63,476 nucleotides of DNA, filler included, from Perkinsus olseni (GCA_013115125.1; 51 parts of 51 records of this genome joined end to end with filler, not necessarily neighbours in it), one strand, 5' to 3'; counted from the whole stretch's first letter, positions 47,174-60,383 are shown. The notes: generated by a model from the letters alone, not told the origin. Made by a program: numbers and translations.

Positions 47174-47673
47174 GATTGATGCAACCTGCTGTATATCATC
47201 TTCTGCAGATGGGGATGGGAGTAGTGCCGGTCGTCTTCTCACGGGTATAGATGACCAGATCAGGGCACTCAGTAACCCCAGTCTGCCTGATGAGATTCAC
47301 CTCAGCGCTTCGCTCAGGCGGGGCATGAGCTCTGACTCTCCTACTGTTTATCCTGCCACCTGTATCATTGATACAGCCGCAGGCGGTTCCTATTTGCTAG
47401 TTCGTGATCTATCAGAGTGTGACGGCCTCGATCTCTGTAGCACCGATCCGTTATCTATATCATTGGCCGACGGCACGGTCACTCGTGTCAGCTACGGTGT
47501 TTCGTGTGCTATAGCTGTCTTCACTGAGGATGGTCTCGATCTAGCCTGTGATTATCAGCGGTGTAGGTTGAGGGTCCTTGTATGTTCATCAGTGCCTCTC
47601 GGTGGACAGTATAAGGTCCTTGCAGGACGTGAGCTCATTGACCGATGGGGGCTTGTACTCTACGGTGTTCGTC
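47112..47673 (+). mobile_element. Retropepsin-like aspartic protease (start of pol, -1 frame)
   Basis: CIIDTAAGGSY, ISLADG, VLAGRELIDRWG. Confidence 0.82.
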
Positions 47674-47775
47674 NNNNNNNNNNNNNNNNNNNNNNNNNNN
47701 NNNNNNNNNNNNNNNNNTTAATTAATTAANNNNNNNNNNNNNNNNNNNNNNNNNNNNNNNNNNNNNNNNNNNNTT

Positions 47776-48900
47776 GGGGTTCAAGTGACTGACGGCGAAG
47801 ATACCACTGACAGTCAAAATGGCTGTAACGTGGAAGTTGAACGCCCAATGCACCATGGGAGACCAGTGACACGTGAATTGCACGCGTCAGATGTAACAGT
47901 TCGGCGGCTCGGTTTCCCAGAATCAGATGAGGGAGCCATATGGGAGCTCCATTGGAATTGGGTCGACTCGTCAGAGCCACCCAAGCATATCATGCCTCCA
48001 GACTACGATGTCTTCACCAGGAAGACACCAGAGATTATTGAGCTTTTCAAAGCCGCTATTGAGCAATGGAAGGAGTCTGAGTTCATCAAGGAGACTCCAT
48101 TGGAAGAGTTGAAAGCAACTCATCCATTGCTATGCGTTGAGCAATTGCATAAGAGTACTACACCCGTTCGCCCATGTTGCGATATGCGCTGGGCTAACGA
48201 GGCGATTCGTAGTACACCCAATGAGCATAGGGATACGCCATTGGCATGCATTGAGAATCTCAGACGGTGGCGTTCATTCTCAGTTGAACCTCCGGATGAG
48301 TTGGTCATTATTGACTTGAAAAAGGCGTATCTATGCATCTTCATAGATGCAGATCAGTCCTATTGGCTCGGAATCCGGTTACGCTGGGAGCCACATACGG
48401 CTTACCGTATAGTGCGAATGCCATTTGGCCTCAATGTAGCGCCAAAGACATTGGCCTTGATACTGAATGATATCAGGCAAATGTGCATTCCGCTTACTGT
48501 TATCTTCGACATATACGTCGATGATATAATTACACAGCGCTCATGGGCCCAAGCTATTCGAGATGTCTTATTGCGTAACGGATTTCCTAGCAAAGAGCCT
48601 ACCCCTCTGAAGGAGAGTAGAGTTCTTGGACTGGAATGCCAGAAAGATGGCAGTTGGCGCCGAAGAGGCGAACTACCACTGTTGGATTGCCAAGTATGCA
48701 CTCGGCGTGAGATCCACAAGTGGGCAGGCAAGTTCATAGGACATTATCCTATCGCTCGTTGGGGAAGACCCGCAGCGGCTTCGCTCAAGAGATTAGCGAC
48801 CCTACGAAGTCCCAACGCGGATTTTTCGTGGGATTCGCCAGTTGACAGTCATATTGTTAAAGCATGCGAAAAGCTCATGCATGATATAGCTCAGCACGGA
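47776..48900 (+). mobile_element. LTR retrotransposon RT, divergent clade
   Basis: PVRPCCDMR; LRRWR; IDLKKAYLCI; RMPFGLNVAP; YVDD; RVLGL; TRREIHKWAG; SWDSPV. Confidence 0.92.
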
Positions 48901-50398
48901 NNNNNNNNNNNNNNNNNNNNNNNNNNNNNNNNNNNNNNNNNNNNTTAATTAATTAANNNNNNNNNNNNNNNNNNNNNNNNNNNNNNNNNNNNNNNNNNNN
49001 AGCCGAAGACAGACATTGGTATAGCCCCGACATTGAGGGCCAGCCTTCGTGGCTCTCCGTCTCCTGGGTTGTTCACGCCCTTCTGTCTGTGGAGCTTGCT
49101 TGCTTCTGCAGTGCAGAATCTGTCAGCTTCTGTGCTAACTGCACAGTACCATAGTGATTGTCTCTCTACCTCGGAATCCGAGGCTTGGATGAATCTAACA
49201 CTCGGGCATATCGCTGAAAGCCGTTTCGACGGCTTCACGCCCATTAACCTTACAGGATAGTAGAATAAAGTACGCTCGGAGTCTCCGAGTCGGAGACCGC
49301 TTGTATGAAGCGTTTAAATACTTGGCGCATCATTCCCAGAGGACCAGGACCGAAGCGGGCATCCTGGACCAGTAGAGCTGTGCCACAAGGATAGTAATCC
49401 GCAAGTTCCCGCAAGAGGGGAAATGCTGACTGAGATCTTGAAGTTCCATATGATATGGATCCTCAAGATCTCAGTCAGCATTCCCATATGGACCATGTCT
49501 GGCACCGAGAGTAATCGCGTGATGCGCAAAGGCCCGAGGCAACCGAGCTCCACTGTCTCTATCAGAGACTCCCAGCGAGAGACACAATTTACAGCTCACA
49601 AGAGAAGCAGCGCACAAGGTTGACATTAACGATAATCAGCCAGTTGTGATCTCCGTATGAGGTTCCCCGATCGCACTAACAGTTGGGAGTCAGTTACGTG
49701 TTTCGTTATCCAATGGAATGTCATTAATGAAACTTCATCAGGCGGACAAGATTCCCTGAACACCCACCACACGCCTGCGCGAATGGACGACTGTGAACAC
49801 AGACATCCGCACAACAGAGCATGTCTCGACGAGTAACGATTAACTCACGCATTGGTAAGATGGACAATTCATTACCAGTTGTCACAATCCGGCATGCCGA
49901 GATCGCTCTGAGGAGGCGTCCTTATTCGGAAAACTTAAACGAAATGCTATAACCCAGGACCCATTCGGAAACCAGGGGACATCACCAACGGGGCACCAGG
50001 AGTAAAAGTAGTCGTTAGCTAAAAATACAACTTAAGCTTTGACGAAATTGCAGTCTTGGCACTCTCGTTGATATCATGATAATCTCAATCTGATGATTTG
50101 ACGATCGGGAACTTCAGCTCATANNNNNNNNNNNNNNNNNNNNNNNNNNNNNNNNNNNNNNNNNNNNTTAATTAATTAANNNNNNNNNNNNNNNNNNNNN
50201 NNNNNNNNNNNNNNNNNNNNNNNTTGCTCTACGATTATGTAAACGTCAAGTGACTCGGGGTAACGCAAGAGTTTCGCACGAAAATAAAATCACAACACAA
50301 TCTCTCCAACCAAGTTCAACCGAGGACGCACGAGAGAAATGTGGACATTTACACGGGGACCACATCAAATAAAATGTTTGATGGCAAGTGGTATCTCA

Positions 50399-51340
50399 TT
50401 ATAGCACTATGTCTATCTCGAGGGGTTGATCATCCACCAAGACGTACTGCTCACTCGCCTCGAACTGCTCGCTAGCTTCGAGGCTGATGTGTTCAGGTGG
50501 ACTCAGACGGTGACTAGGTAGCTTGTTTTCAAGGAAGTCGTTAAGCATGTGGAGAGCGACAGCCGGCTGGTCCATCGGTACCATATGGCCGGCCTCCTTT
50601 ATCTGAATACAACAATATAGAACGCAGAGGAGGGCAGGGATACTGGATCAGTGCGAATCTTACCTGCATGAATGTGAACTGTCCTCCATTATCCAAGGTG
50701 ACACTGCGTACTCTTGCTACGCTTTTGCCGGATCTATTCTGAAGAGAATAACGCCACTTCTCATCAGCAAGCCCAAGGAGATGATTTGGACTTCGAGAAT
50801 GAGCGTGACTCCACCGAAGGAGGCATTTCAGGCCACTTCGGTAAACACCTTAATATCGAGGTCATCCTGCTTATTGAACTGCTCTTGACCTTTCCACTCC
50901 AGATTCAGCGCCCAGTGTTTGTTGCCGATCCAGTTGCAAATGTAGTCAACATCACCAGCATAGATCAGCACCTGCATGAGCGCATCTACCAAGCGGCACC
51001 ATCGCCGTGAGTTGGCGTGGGAGGCCGGCCGCCTTACACGCGTCCCGGCCTCCACTTGATCGATGAGCAGGTGATGGAAATTGTGCATGAAGTCCCAGTT
51101 GAACATCACGTTAACCTGAACGAGGAATTTCCTTCCGCAACGGTAAGCCTAAGATAATTACGATGGTGTTGCAGTCCTGCCATTTCGTATCAACACCGAG
51201 TTCCTCCTGGACTTTCTTCTCATTGAGGAATTTGTCAACCTGCACGAGCATAGCGAGAACAGAAGCGGTCCGTCATCCCACTTACGTTGGAGAAGTCGTA
51301 GCATAGCGGTGGGTGCTCGCACTTTTGCCGCATGTCATAT
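50399..51340 (-). CDS. Serine carboxypeptidase (S10), C-terminal exons
   Basis: DMRQKC..PLCY; VLIYAGDVDYICNWIGN; catalytic-His motif AGHMVPMDQP; several short GT-AG introns. Confidence 0.95.
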
Positions 51341-51800
51341 CTGCGNNNNNNNNNNNNNNNNNNNNNNNNNNNNNNNNNNNNNNNNNNNNTTAATTAATTA
51401 ANNNNNNNNNNNNNNNNNNNNNNNNNNNNNNNNNNNNNNNNNNNNGTGAGGTCCTGTCGACCTTTCCGACGCTAGCTTGGTACCGCGCCTTGCCCCATCT
51501 CGGAGACCAGAGGTTTTAATTTCTTCCCATTTATCGTGATTGAGTGTCTGAAACTTGGCATACAGGATAATCAAATATGGAGAAATAATATATATAGAAA
51601 TCTACCCGAATCTCGCTCGGCCTAGTAAAATATGAAATCTGAAACCGTCGATTTCGGCACGTCCACAAAATAATATGTTAGGTAACCTTATACACACGAT
51701 GTGATCACCTAAGAAAGATCTCTTGAGGTCTTATTTGCGTCCGAGCTTAACGATTGACTTTCTGGCGAAGAGCTCCTTTGGGAGAAATGTCAAGTTTCAA

Positions 51801-51861
51801 ACGAGCATGGGTGAAGAATGGTGAACATGAATCATGTTCACCATTCTTCACCCATGCTCGT
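51801..51861. repeat. Perfect palindrome: 30-bp arms, 1-nt spacer
   Basis: ACGAGCATGGGTGAAGAATGGTGAACATGA-A-TCATGTTCACCATTCTTCACCCATGCTCGT. Confidence 0.97.
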
Positions 51862-53938
51862 GTTACATGATGCGGACATCTTGACATGCACGCTACTGAT
51901 GTAACACTGCGCGAGCATTGGCGAATGCATGGATACGGTCATCAGAATGCATAGATTCAGTCGCGTGTCAGTGTTTATTATCATAATGAAACATGATGCT
52001 TCAGCTCAATCATCAGAATTAAGCCTCTTACCACGTAGATTGTCAGTCGGGCGAACCGTGGCGAACCTGAGGCGATGAGGGCAGCGAGGAACCTACAGCA
52101 ACTATCCCCGCTGGCAGCAGGGCCGCTGCTATCAGCTTCGAAGCCTGCGCTCTGGGTTTCGAACGCTGTGTTTGAAAGTTTCAAATTGAAACGTACTCCC
52201 GATATTTCATTCGCCTCTACTGTCGCGGCGCGTGACTTTCGCGGCGACTCCAGCCCATTTCGATCTTCAAGTTTGCGCTTGTCTCCTGCCAGTGTTTGGC
52301 TTGACGGTGAATTTCCAATAGAAGCCTGAGAACTCACTCTGACTTACATAATGACGATAATACAGGAGACTCTCTTGAGGAGAGTTGAAAGTAGGAAAAT
52401 ACGAAACTCCCGTTGCGGGAGCGACCCAGCAGACCCGAGAGTACGTTCCGCCCAGTCTTCCGTTCCACAGCGGACTTTGAAAGAGAGGTCCTCCTTGGGT
52501 GTATTACGATTCGTACACCGAAAACTCGTACACTATCGCTTCGTACACGGCTCGTACACTGAATACTNNNNNNNNNNNNNNNNNNNNNNNNNNNNNNNNN
52601 NNNNNNNNNNNTTAATTAATTAANNNNNNNNNNNNNNNNNNNNNNNNNNNNNNNNNNNNNNNNNNNNCAGCAGACTGCTACTAACGAGCTTGCCAACGAG
52701 ATTATCATGCGAGGGAGGGCAACTGCAGAGCAGGTTAGTAACCGCGTCGTTCTCAACTGCAGACAGACTCTGCTTTCATGACAGGCTGACGCTGGGAGCG
52801 AGTCGTCTGACGACACTTCGGAGGCGGATTTCAGTGAAGACCGTCTTCGGTCCTCAGTTGCTGGCCCAGTCCTTCGTTCCTGGCTTGCAAAGGCAACCCA
52901 TTCCTGTGCCGTTTTGCGCTGGCGGTCATTAAAGAGTTTAGGCACGAGTGGTCGTCGCAAAGAAGCCACCACCCTTCCCTCCCATTGAGGGCAAATGGCT
53001 GGCACTCCAACAGAGCAGCCAGGATCCTGACAGTGACGACTCCTCAGTGACCTCAGAGCGACCGGCTACAGCTGAAGCGCCTCAGCTAGCTTTACCGGCT
53101 GCCCCCACTGAACGTGTTGAAATTGCTGATTTGAGTAGCCATGATCATTGATGCCCAATGCAGGCCAGAGCCTTTCCTCGTCTAATATCGCTGTGTTCTC
53201 GAGTGGGGTAGTGCTCTCTGACTCCGCGACGATTGTAAGTGCGTAATGAAGCACGATCACACATCGACACCATTTCCCGTTGAAGTTGCACAAATGAGCA
53301 GGCAAGAATGGCAGTGTTGAAAGCAGGAGTGACAAATGTGATTAATTGAGGATGCAAGTTTTACAATGCGAATTCGAAAATATCAAACGCGTGATATGTC
53401 GGGTTCAAGATTGACACAGTTGAGCTCAACTCTGAAGACAGGCCTACTTCTTAGGAGTTGACAGGGAGTATTGGAGTGAAAGAGGAAGCCTTCCCATACT
53501 AGGCATCCTTCGGTGGAGTTAAGCTCGGATTGTCGCATGATCTTCAATGACTCCGTCGACGAACAAAGTCTCCCTTGAGTCGACTGCGTACAGTTAGGGT
53601 TCATTAGAATGCTGAAAGTTACCCGCTCGGAAAGTAGTAGACGTCCAGCCCATCCTGGTAGTCGATGGCGAAGCTCCCACTAGCGGAGCATTCTAGAAGG
53701 GAGAAGGGGCTGGGAAAGAATACTTCATTCCTCACGGTGGAATGTTCAGGTAGATTTGCCGAAGCATCTCTCGCTTTCCTCGCCACGNNNNNNNNNNNNN
53801 NNNNNNNNNNNNNNNNNNNNNNNNNNNNNNNTTAATTAATTAANNNNNNNNNNNNNNNNNNNNNNNNNNNNNNNNNNNNNNNNNNNNCTCTCTCTCATCG
53901 ACCACTGGTAGTTCTAGGACATATAAGCTCTTCATTGA

Positions 53939-55005
53939 ATGGCACAAAAGCCTAAAGTATCAAACACGCAACTCCTGCGTGCCACCCCTCCCCGACTGCG
54001 GGTGGACTTCGCGATCGCCATGGTGTGCATCTTCACCGACTTTCTGGGTGATAATTTGTTGGCCCCTTCATACGAACTCTTTATTAGAGAGCACGGTATC
54101 CCAGGTAAGGGCCACTCAGGGTCTTGCGTTGCCGATGTATGATTCGTTACCAGGTATGGGCTTCGGCCTCGCCGTGTCCATCATCACTGTGTCATACATA
54201 GTGGGAAGGTGCATCGCTGCAGCCGCCATGGGATCGGTCTCTGATTATACTGGTCGCTGGAATACCATAATGGTTTGCTCACTGCCCACTGCTATAGGAT
54301 TTTTGATGCAGGTGAGTCCAAATCGCTAGTCTTTTCCATGAGAGCCTGTCGAGATAGTATTTCGGGAATACCACCGTTCGTTTCAGGCGTTGTCGTGGAG
54401 TTTTTGGTCCCTCGTCGGCTTCCGGTTCTTCACGGGATTTATCGGCGGAACAAGGGTTGTTATCATTGTGTAAGAGTCCAGGGGTATGACTACTAGCTGC
54501 TACAGTTAGAGTGGCGACCACTCAGAGGCCTCCGGAGCTACTAGCTATCAGAAAGACCATTTGAAATGATCAGGCTGCAGCTGCAGCGTTCGTGCATCCC
54601 AATATCTCTTTTCTCGTTCTACTGTCAGAGTGTTCCATCATCTCAGGTATATAACCGATTGGATGACCGAGCGCAACATGCTCACTTTTTGGATGCCCTT
54701 TATTCCCATTGTCTCCAGTGTCTCTTCATTCGCTGGCCCATTTCTCGGAGGAATAGTCGCTCAGGTAGGAGGATCTATGCCCGATCTCCCAGCCGATTGA
54801 AGAGCTACTGATCATTCTAGGCTGAGTGTTTTCAGGCCGACACGTCTGAACCTTTGAACCCGGCTTATGCCGGTCTTGCTCTGAATGCGGCGAGCTTTCT
54901 GCTGGTTCTGCTATTCATGAGAAAGTCTCCGAGGGATGGAGGGTTTATTCTCTGTAAATCTCGGAGAAGCCAGGTCGCTTCCAGCGTGGCCTCGAAACCG
55001 AGCAA
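53939..55005 (+). CDS. MFS transporter (DHA1/TetA-like), N-terminal exons
   Basis: IFTDFLG..LLAP; motif A MGSVSDYTGR; FRFFTGFIGG; FAGPFLGG; short GT-AG introns. Confidence 0.88.
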
Positions 55006-55105
55006 NNNNNNNNNNNNNNNNNNNNNNNNNNNNNNNNNNNNNNNNNNNNTTAATTAATTAANNNNNNNNNNNNNNNNNNNNNNNNNNNNNNNNNNNNNNN
55101 NNNNN

Positions 55106-56168
55106 GTTGCCCAGTTTACACTTCTCTGACATCGGTACATACCAACACTCCACCAACTCGTACATACCAAAACTTCACGAACTAAAGTCACTACTACTGC
55201 AACGGAAACGGTTGCTGAAACGGTTAGAGTATGCCCATTAATTCACTATTGCTCCTCTGGCGTGGTTATGTTTTCAGTGGTGGATGGAAGAAGACCCCTC
55301 AATATTTTTAATAGTCGTTTTGCAACCGTAACGAGGTAACTACACGGTGTTGTTGTCGAACCTGTCGAAAGAAGAGTACGGCAAATCGGGAGCCAGAAAT
55401 GGGATCATCATCATCAGAAACCTTTGAGGTAAAGGCCTCAGCTGGGATTGGTGGATTGTTAGGAACCGCCCTGGTTCCTCCTCAAAGTTCATACGGTGAC
55501 AATCCTGAACAGCTGGAAAAGAGCGCTGAATGTATTTACTCGGGACTCGACCGATTGACCTTGAATACACGGTTAGGTATTCGTAAGAGAATTCAAGTTT
55601 TCGATACGAAAGTACATGGACAAGTAGTACTCCGCTTTGGAGAGGTACACCGATTTAGAGAGCTATTTCCAACACCTATCCATCACGATCATCTGAGCAG
55701 CCCAGTCAACATTCTTTTTCGTAGATAACATTCGCTCACATCCGGCGTTGCGTGTTTTTGTGGTCCAACGCTTACGGTTCCGGCTTAGTCAGACTCGAAG
55801 CCGAAGTGCTCAGTTGGAGACTTTCTGTAGCGTAGACATGGAGTGCAACCAGACAGATCGCAATCAGGCGTAGGTAGTTGAGCTACCGTAGCTACCATGG
55901 ATGCGTCCTTCGCGGAAACTCCCTTGATTTCAACATCAACACTCATGCTGGCAGCATTCCCTTTTCTATTCGATACCGAAGCTTCTTGTTCTCCGGCGGA
56001 CTTTATTTCTTAGGATCTACGCAGAGTTTTCTCTTCATCGAAGGACTCTCCGGCAAATTCTACATCGATCCACCGAGGCCGACCAATCTGCGGTATACTA
56101 CATATAACTTTGTTCCACTCGTCACTCGACTGATAACTCGACAACATGGCATACAAACGAAACTCTAA
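55106..56168 (+). pseudogene. Degraded hypothetical protein gene carrying a 105-bp insertion
   Basis: Protein-like segments in shifting frames with stops; insertion 55726-55830 bounded by CGTAGA repeats. Confidence 0.35.
55726..55830 (+). mobile_element. Dispersed repeat copy C, flanked by the 6-bp direct repeat CGTAGA
   Basis: CGTAGA at 55720-55725 and 55831-55836; core GCCGA.GTGCTCAGTTGGAGACT shared with copies A and B. Confidence 0.7.
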
Positions 56169-56321
56169 TTCACACGTCTTACTTTATACTTCCATGGAAA
56201 TACTAGAATAAGTCAAACTCANNNNNNNNNNNNNNNNNNNNNNNNNNNNNNNNNNNNNNNNNNNNTTAATTAATTAANNNNNNNNNNNNNNNNNNNNNNN
56301 NNNNNNNNNNNNNNNNNNNNN

Positions 56322-57394
56322 CACAGCGACCCAATGCAGAATCGGACCAGAACTGGGGGCATCAGATTGAACCTCTTCAACAGAGGGAACAACACCGTGT
56401 CAACCAGCACACTCGTCAAAACCACAGCAATAGGGTCAACGTTCTGCATCATCTGGGCTGGCATATCCCATCCAAAGAGATTCGTGTCCATCTTCTTGCC
56501 CTGTGTAAGGAAGGCAGTCGTCATGTTATTGTAGGCCATCACGAAAGGGATGATGAGGGAAAATAAAGGCACAAGTCGGAAGAGTGCCTTTGCATCCTCT
56601 ATAAAACCATCCTTGAAACGACCACCATTCGACTCCTTGTTCTTCTCAAGGGAACATCTCGTAATAGAGAAGAAGATAACCTTGAGGATCTCCAATACTG
56701 CAGATCCCTGAGGCTTAGGTTTAACATAACGACCCATCAGGTCGCCTGCAACAAAGACAATCGTTGCAAGAATGAAGGCGACGAGAGGGAAGGCAAAGCT
56801 TGCAGTGAAAGAGACCGACTCAACCAAAATCGGAGTAACAATACCACCAACGATAGAACCAAGATTGATAGAAGCATAGAAGTAGGTGTAATACCTTGTA
56901 ATAAGATCTTTATGCTCTTCAGGATGGAACTGTTGGGCTCCCATGACGTTGACACAACTCTTAATACCACCCGCACCAAACGCGATGAGGAAGAGAAGCG
57001 CCATATGGATCATCCACGGCTGACTGATCGAGTGTATCGTAGAGAGCGTAAGAAGAGCCAAACCCGCCATGTAGACAAAGGAGAATACCAGAATAGTGAG
57101 GTAGAGCCCAAGTATTGTATCCGATATAACAGCAGAGAGAAGTGGGGTAACGTAGAGAATAGCATTGAACGTTGAGATGTATGAGTTGGCACCAGCATCA
57201 TCAACCCCAAGATATTCCTTGAGGAAGATCTGAAGGTTTGGCATCAAACCATAGAAGGCCAAACGTTCACATAATTCTTGCAGTAATACGAACAAGACAG
57301 CCTTTGTCATAGGGTGCTTGTAGTACTGGTAGACGTTACCCGAAACATCAGTCCAAGAGTACGATTTCCCACTGTTGCTACGAGAGAGGGGCAT
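56322..57394 (-). CDS. POT/PTR-family proton-dependent oligopeptide transporter, N-terminal two-thirds
   Basis: ELCERLAFYG (ExxERFxYYG), GAGGIK, GAQQF, FYASINLGS (PTR2 signature); no introns. Confidence 0.95.
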
Positions 57395-58104
57395 ACTTGG
57401 TAAATATGTGAGTAACAAGCTTCAAGTATGATGATTNNNNNNNNNNNNNNNNNNNNNNNNNNNNNNNNNNNNNNNNNNNNTTAATTAATTAANNNNNNNN
57501 NNNNNNNNNNNNNNNNNNNNNNNNNNNNNNNNNNNNCACGACCTTGCTCCATTTGTACTAGTGACGTTCCAATCCTTGACTTGGGTGGCGAATGTTCAGT
57601 CTTAAAGTTGGCTACTGGTACAAATGCGATGGCAATTCCGAGTACTACTTCGACCCGTAACAGACTACCATCTACGGTAGCGTGCGGTCCTACTAGGGCG
57701 ATCTTGTTATTCGGATGAGCCCAACCGCATGGATTTATTGACCCACTAATCCACGCGACAAGTGACCTTGGTCGTTGGTCACTTATTTGATGGCCTTGGT
57801 CTTTTGGCCTACTCTCTAGCCTTGACGATTGGCTACGACTTGACTGCTATGTGCTTGGTTTGTTTGCCTGGTGGTCACGACCTTGTTTTTGGTCGTTAGT
57901 AATGGTTCATTACTATGGCCTTGGTTTTGGCCTCCTACACACTATATGTTTAGAGTAGACGTCGACTGCGACACCTATACAATTCCCACTATCCTTCACT
58001 GCGTGCACTAAGATAGTACAAGCCCTTGGCACAGTCTACTCATGGTATTGTATTTGAGTTTGACGCCAAATGGTGTGAACTACCCTTAGTATTATTTACT
58101 TGTT

Positions 58105-58649
58105 ATGTCTCCCACTAACAACTCCGCTGCTGCCCATACCGGTGAAGATGGCGCTGGTCGTACCCCTGCCAATGAGGAACTACACGATGTTGGTATACAC
58201 AACCAGAGTGGTGATCCTCCACCGGTGTATGGACCAAGGCCTCTTCCCCCTCAATATACTACTAACCCTACCGGCGCTGAGGACGCGACTACTACAGGAC
58301 CTTACCCGGTACCAGCTGGTCCTACTAGACAGACTGATGATAGTAACTATTGTCATCCAGTCATCCCTGGCCCACAGCGCCCCGGCCCCCTCCACTCTAC
58401 CGCTTCCTACCCTGGAGATGGCCGATACTATGGTACTGACCCCTATGGAGTGACGGTGCCCGTACGGTCGGCCAATCAACGTGGCCAACCCCCTGTACCG
58501 ACTGATCCACGTTCGGTACTGCTACCTCCTCCACCTCCGTACTACGTGCCTCCTGGAGATTACCGCGGTCAATATGCACCTTCTGGTCCCGGTAATTACC
58601 CTGTGCCTCACGGCAACCCGCCCTACCCCAAGCCTGACTACCGTGGCCA
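58105..58649 (+). CDS. Pro/Tyr/Gly-rich ORF start after a T-rich leader; possibly a retrotransposon gag N-terminus
   Basis: ATG-initiated intron-less frame to contig end (PPPPPYY, YPVP repeats) after ~560 nt non-coding leader with internal repeats. Confidence 0.45.
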
Positions 58650-58782
58650 NNNNNNNNNNNNNNNNNNNNNNNNNNNNNNNNNNNNNNNNNNNNTTAATTA
58701 ATTAANNNNNNNNNNNNNNNNNNNNNNNNNNNNNNNNNNNNNNNNNNNNGCTTCCTTCTCGGAGTGCGGTACCCTCTCAGGC

Positions 58783-59756
58783 CCGTTTCGGAGATATCAG
58801 CCTTTTGCAAGAGGTTCCCAGAGTTGGGCAGCCTCTTGGGTGCGGATATTTGCAAACAGCTCGATGAGAATGCTGATGAAGCCTTGAAGAACGCTTATTC
58901 CACACTCATGCGGGCCGACGGTAATCCTCACCGTAGCGATACCCGAGTTGCGCACTTCGAAAGCGTCAGGTGAAGCCGTGGCAGAAGCCATCACAGCCAT
59001 CGTCTCGCGGGCACCTGCAGCAAGTGACGAAGCCCATTCCTTTGCGATAGAGCTGGACCGTCAGTTCCCTGGTGGAGACGTTGGAGTTCTCTCCGTTTTC
59101 TTCCTCAATATCGTCCACATGGTGAGCCTTCGGCGATCGTTCTTCCGTATAACCGCCCGCGTTCAGGTCCCCGGTCAGTGCCTCTACTTGAAGGCCAACA
59201 CCCCTCATGCGTACGTGTCAGGAGATATTATGGAGTGCATGGCATGCAGCGATAATGTCATCAGGGGAGGCCTCACCCCGAAGTACAAGGACATAGAGGT
59301 CAGGCTTCTCGCGGTCCAATCGTGTTCAGCTGATGGGCTCTGCGTAGGTCCTTCTAAAATCGCTTGTTTTCGAGAGTCGACCAGCAAGCATTCTGAGGCC
59401 CACTCACGTGAAGTGCGGCGCTGAGTGTGAGGCTAGTACCTATGCACCTGACGACATTGACGACTTCGAGGTCGTGAAGGTCAGTCAGAGGTTCCGTGAG
59501 AGAGACTTGCGGAGACCTCTGCGAGGGCTTCCGAGAGCACTGGGCGGTGAAGGAGTGGCTGGACATGCTCTCTAGTTATCCCTCATCACCTCCCGCTGAA
59601 TGTCTGCACCCCTCAGGAGTGCTAGAACGGCCGTTGGCCCCTTCTGAAGTATTAACTAGCTCAGAGCCGGAAGATCAGGTGGGATTGTACCGAAGCTAGG
59701 GCAATGGTGCTTGGACCAAATCACCGTGCTTCTGTATTCATCAGAGTCGCCAAGGT
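58783..59756 (+). CDS. MPI: Mannose-6-phosphate isomerase (type I PMI), internal exons
   Basis: RPVSEI..F....PEL; QFPGGDVG..SVFFLN; ANTPHAYVSGDIMECMACSDNVIRGGLTPKYKD; DDFEV. Confidence 0.95.
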
Positions 59757-60017
59757 AGGTGAGGAGAACCAGCGTATCAGAATAATCATTTCTGACGGTT
59801 CTGATAATGAGTGAAGGCCCGGGCTTTGCCTAGAGCAAGTTCGAGCAAGCGTAGCGANNNNNNNNNNNNNNNNNNNNNNNNNNNNNNNNNNNNNNNNNNN
59901 NTTAATTAATTAANNNNNNNNNNNNNNNNNNNNNNNNNNNNNNNNNNNNNNNNNNNNACCGGAAAGAAGCAACATAGCTAGCGAGTCAGGCAGGGTCGAT
60001 CTGGGAGACTATGGAGG

Positions 60018-60383
60018 TTACCCGCCCGAAGAGTAGTAGATGTCTTGTCCACCCTTGTAGTCAATCATTATGGTAAAGCCCCCACTAGTGGAGCATTGGA
60101 GGTTAGCCAAGGTGGTCGCCTCGATGTACTGTGGATACTTCTTCACCAGTTGTGCAGTCTGCGACTTGCTCAGCTTCGGCTGGATCGAACAACCAGTGGA
60201 CGACATAGTGTAGGTTGTCTTTATAGTGGTGTCCTTGAACCCGAACAGCATTGTATTCTGGCCTTGGAAGTCGAGTACTCTTATTGGTACATCGGGATAC
60301 TGACCAACAATGTGGTATCTGCCAGGGGGGACGGCAGACTGGGCTATCCAGACCAAGAAAGGGAAGAAAAGGAGGGTGTTCAT
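60018..60383 (-). CDS. Small secreted hypothetical protein (121 aa)
   Basis: Signal peptide MNTLLFFPFLVWIAQSA, PPGRY start of mature chain, two Cys; complete ORF. Confidence 0.65.
   Translation of the reverse strand: MNTLLFFPFLVWIAQSAVPPGRYHIVGQYPDVPIRVLDFQGQNTMLFGFKDTTIKTTYTMSSTGCSIQPKLSKSQTAQLVKKYPQYIEATTLANLQCSTSGGFTIMIDYKGGQDIYYSSGG

Noticed and set aside
44090..48900. Apparent cluster of four gag/protease/RT segments forming one element
   Set aside because: Four separate contigs adjacent only because of similar length; domains are redundant and orientations differ.
49696..49765. Minus-strand CTGATGA...GAAAC hammerhead-like core
   Set aside because: Extra A after the core and no stem I closing at a valid NUH site in either topology.
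55871..55891. In-frame TAGs here and at 41351 hinting at stop-codon reassignment or RIP-like CpA mutation
   Set aside because: Too few sites, the region is also frameshifted, and intact genes in the window use standard stops.
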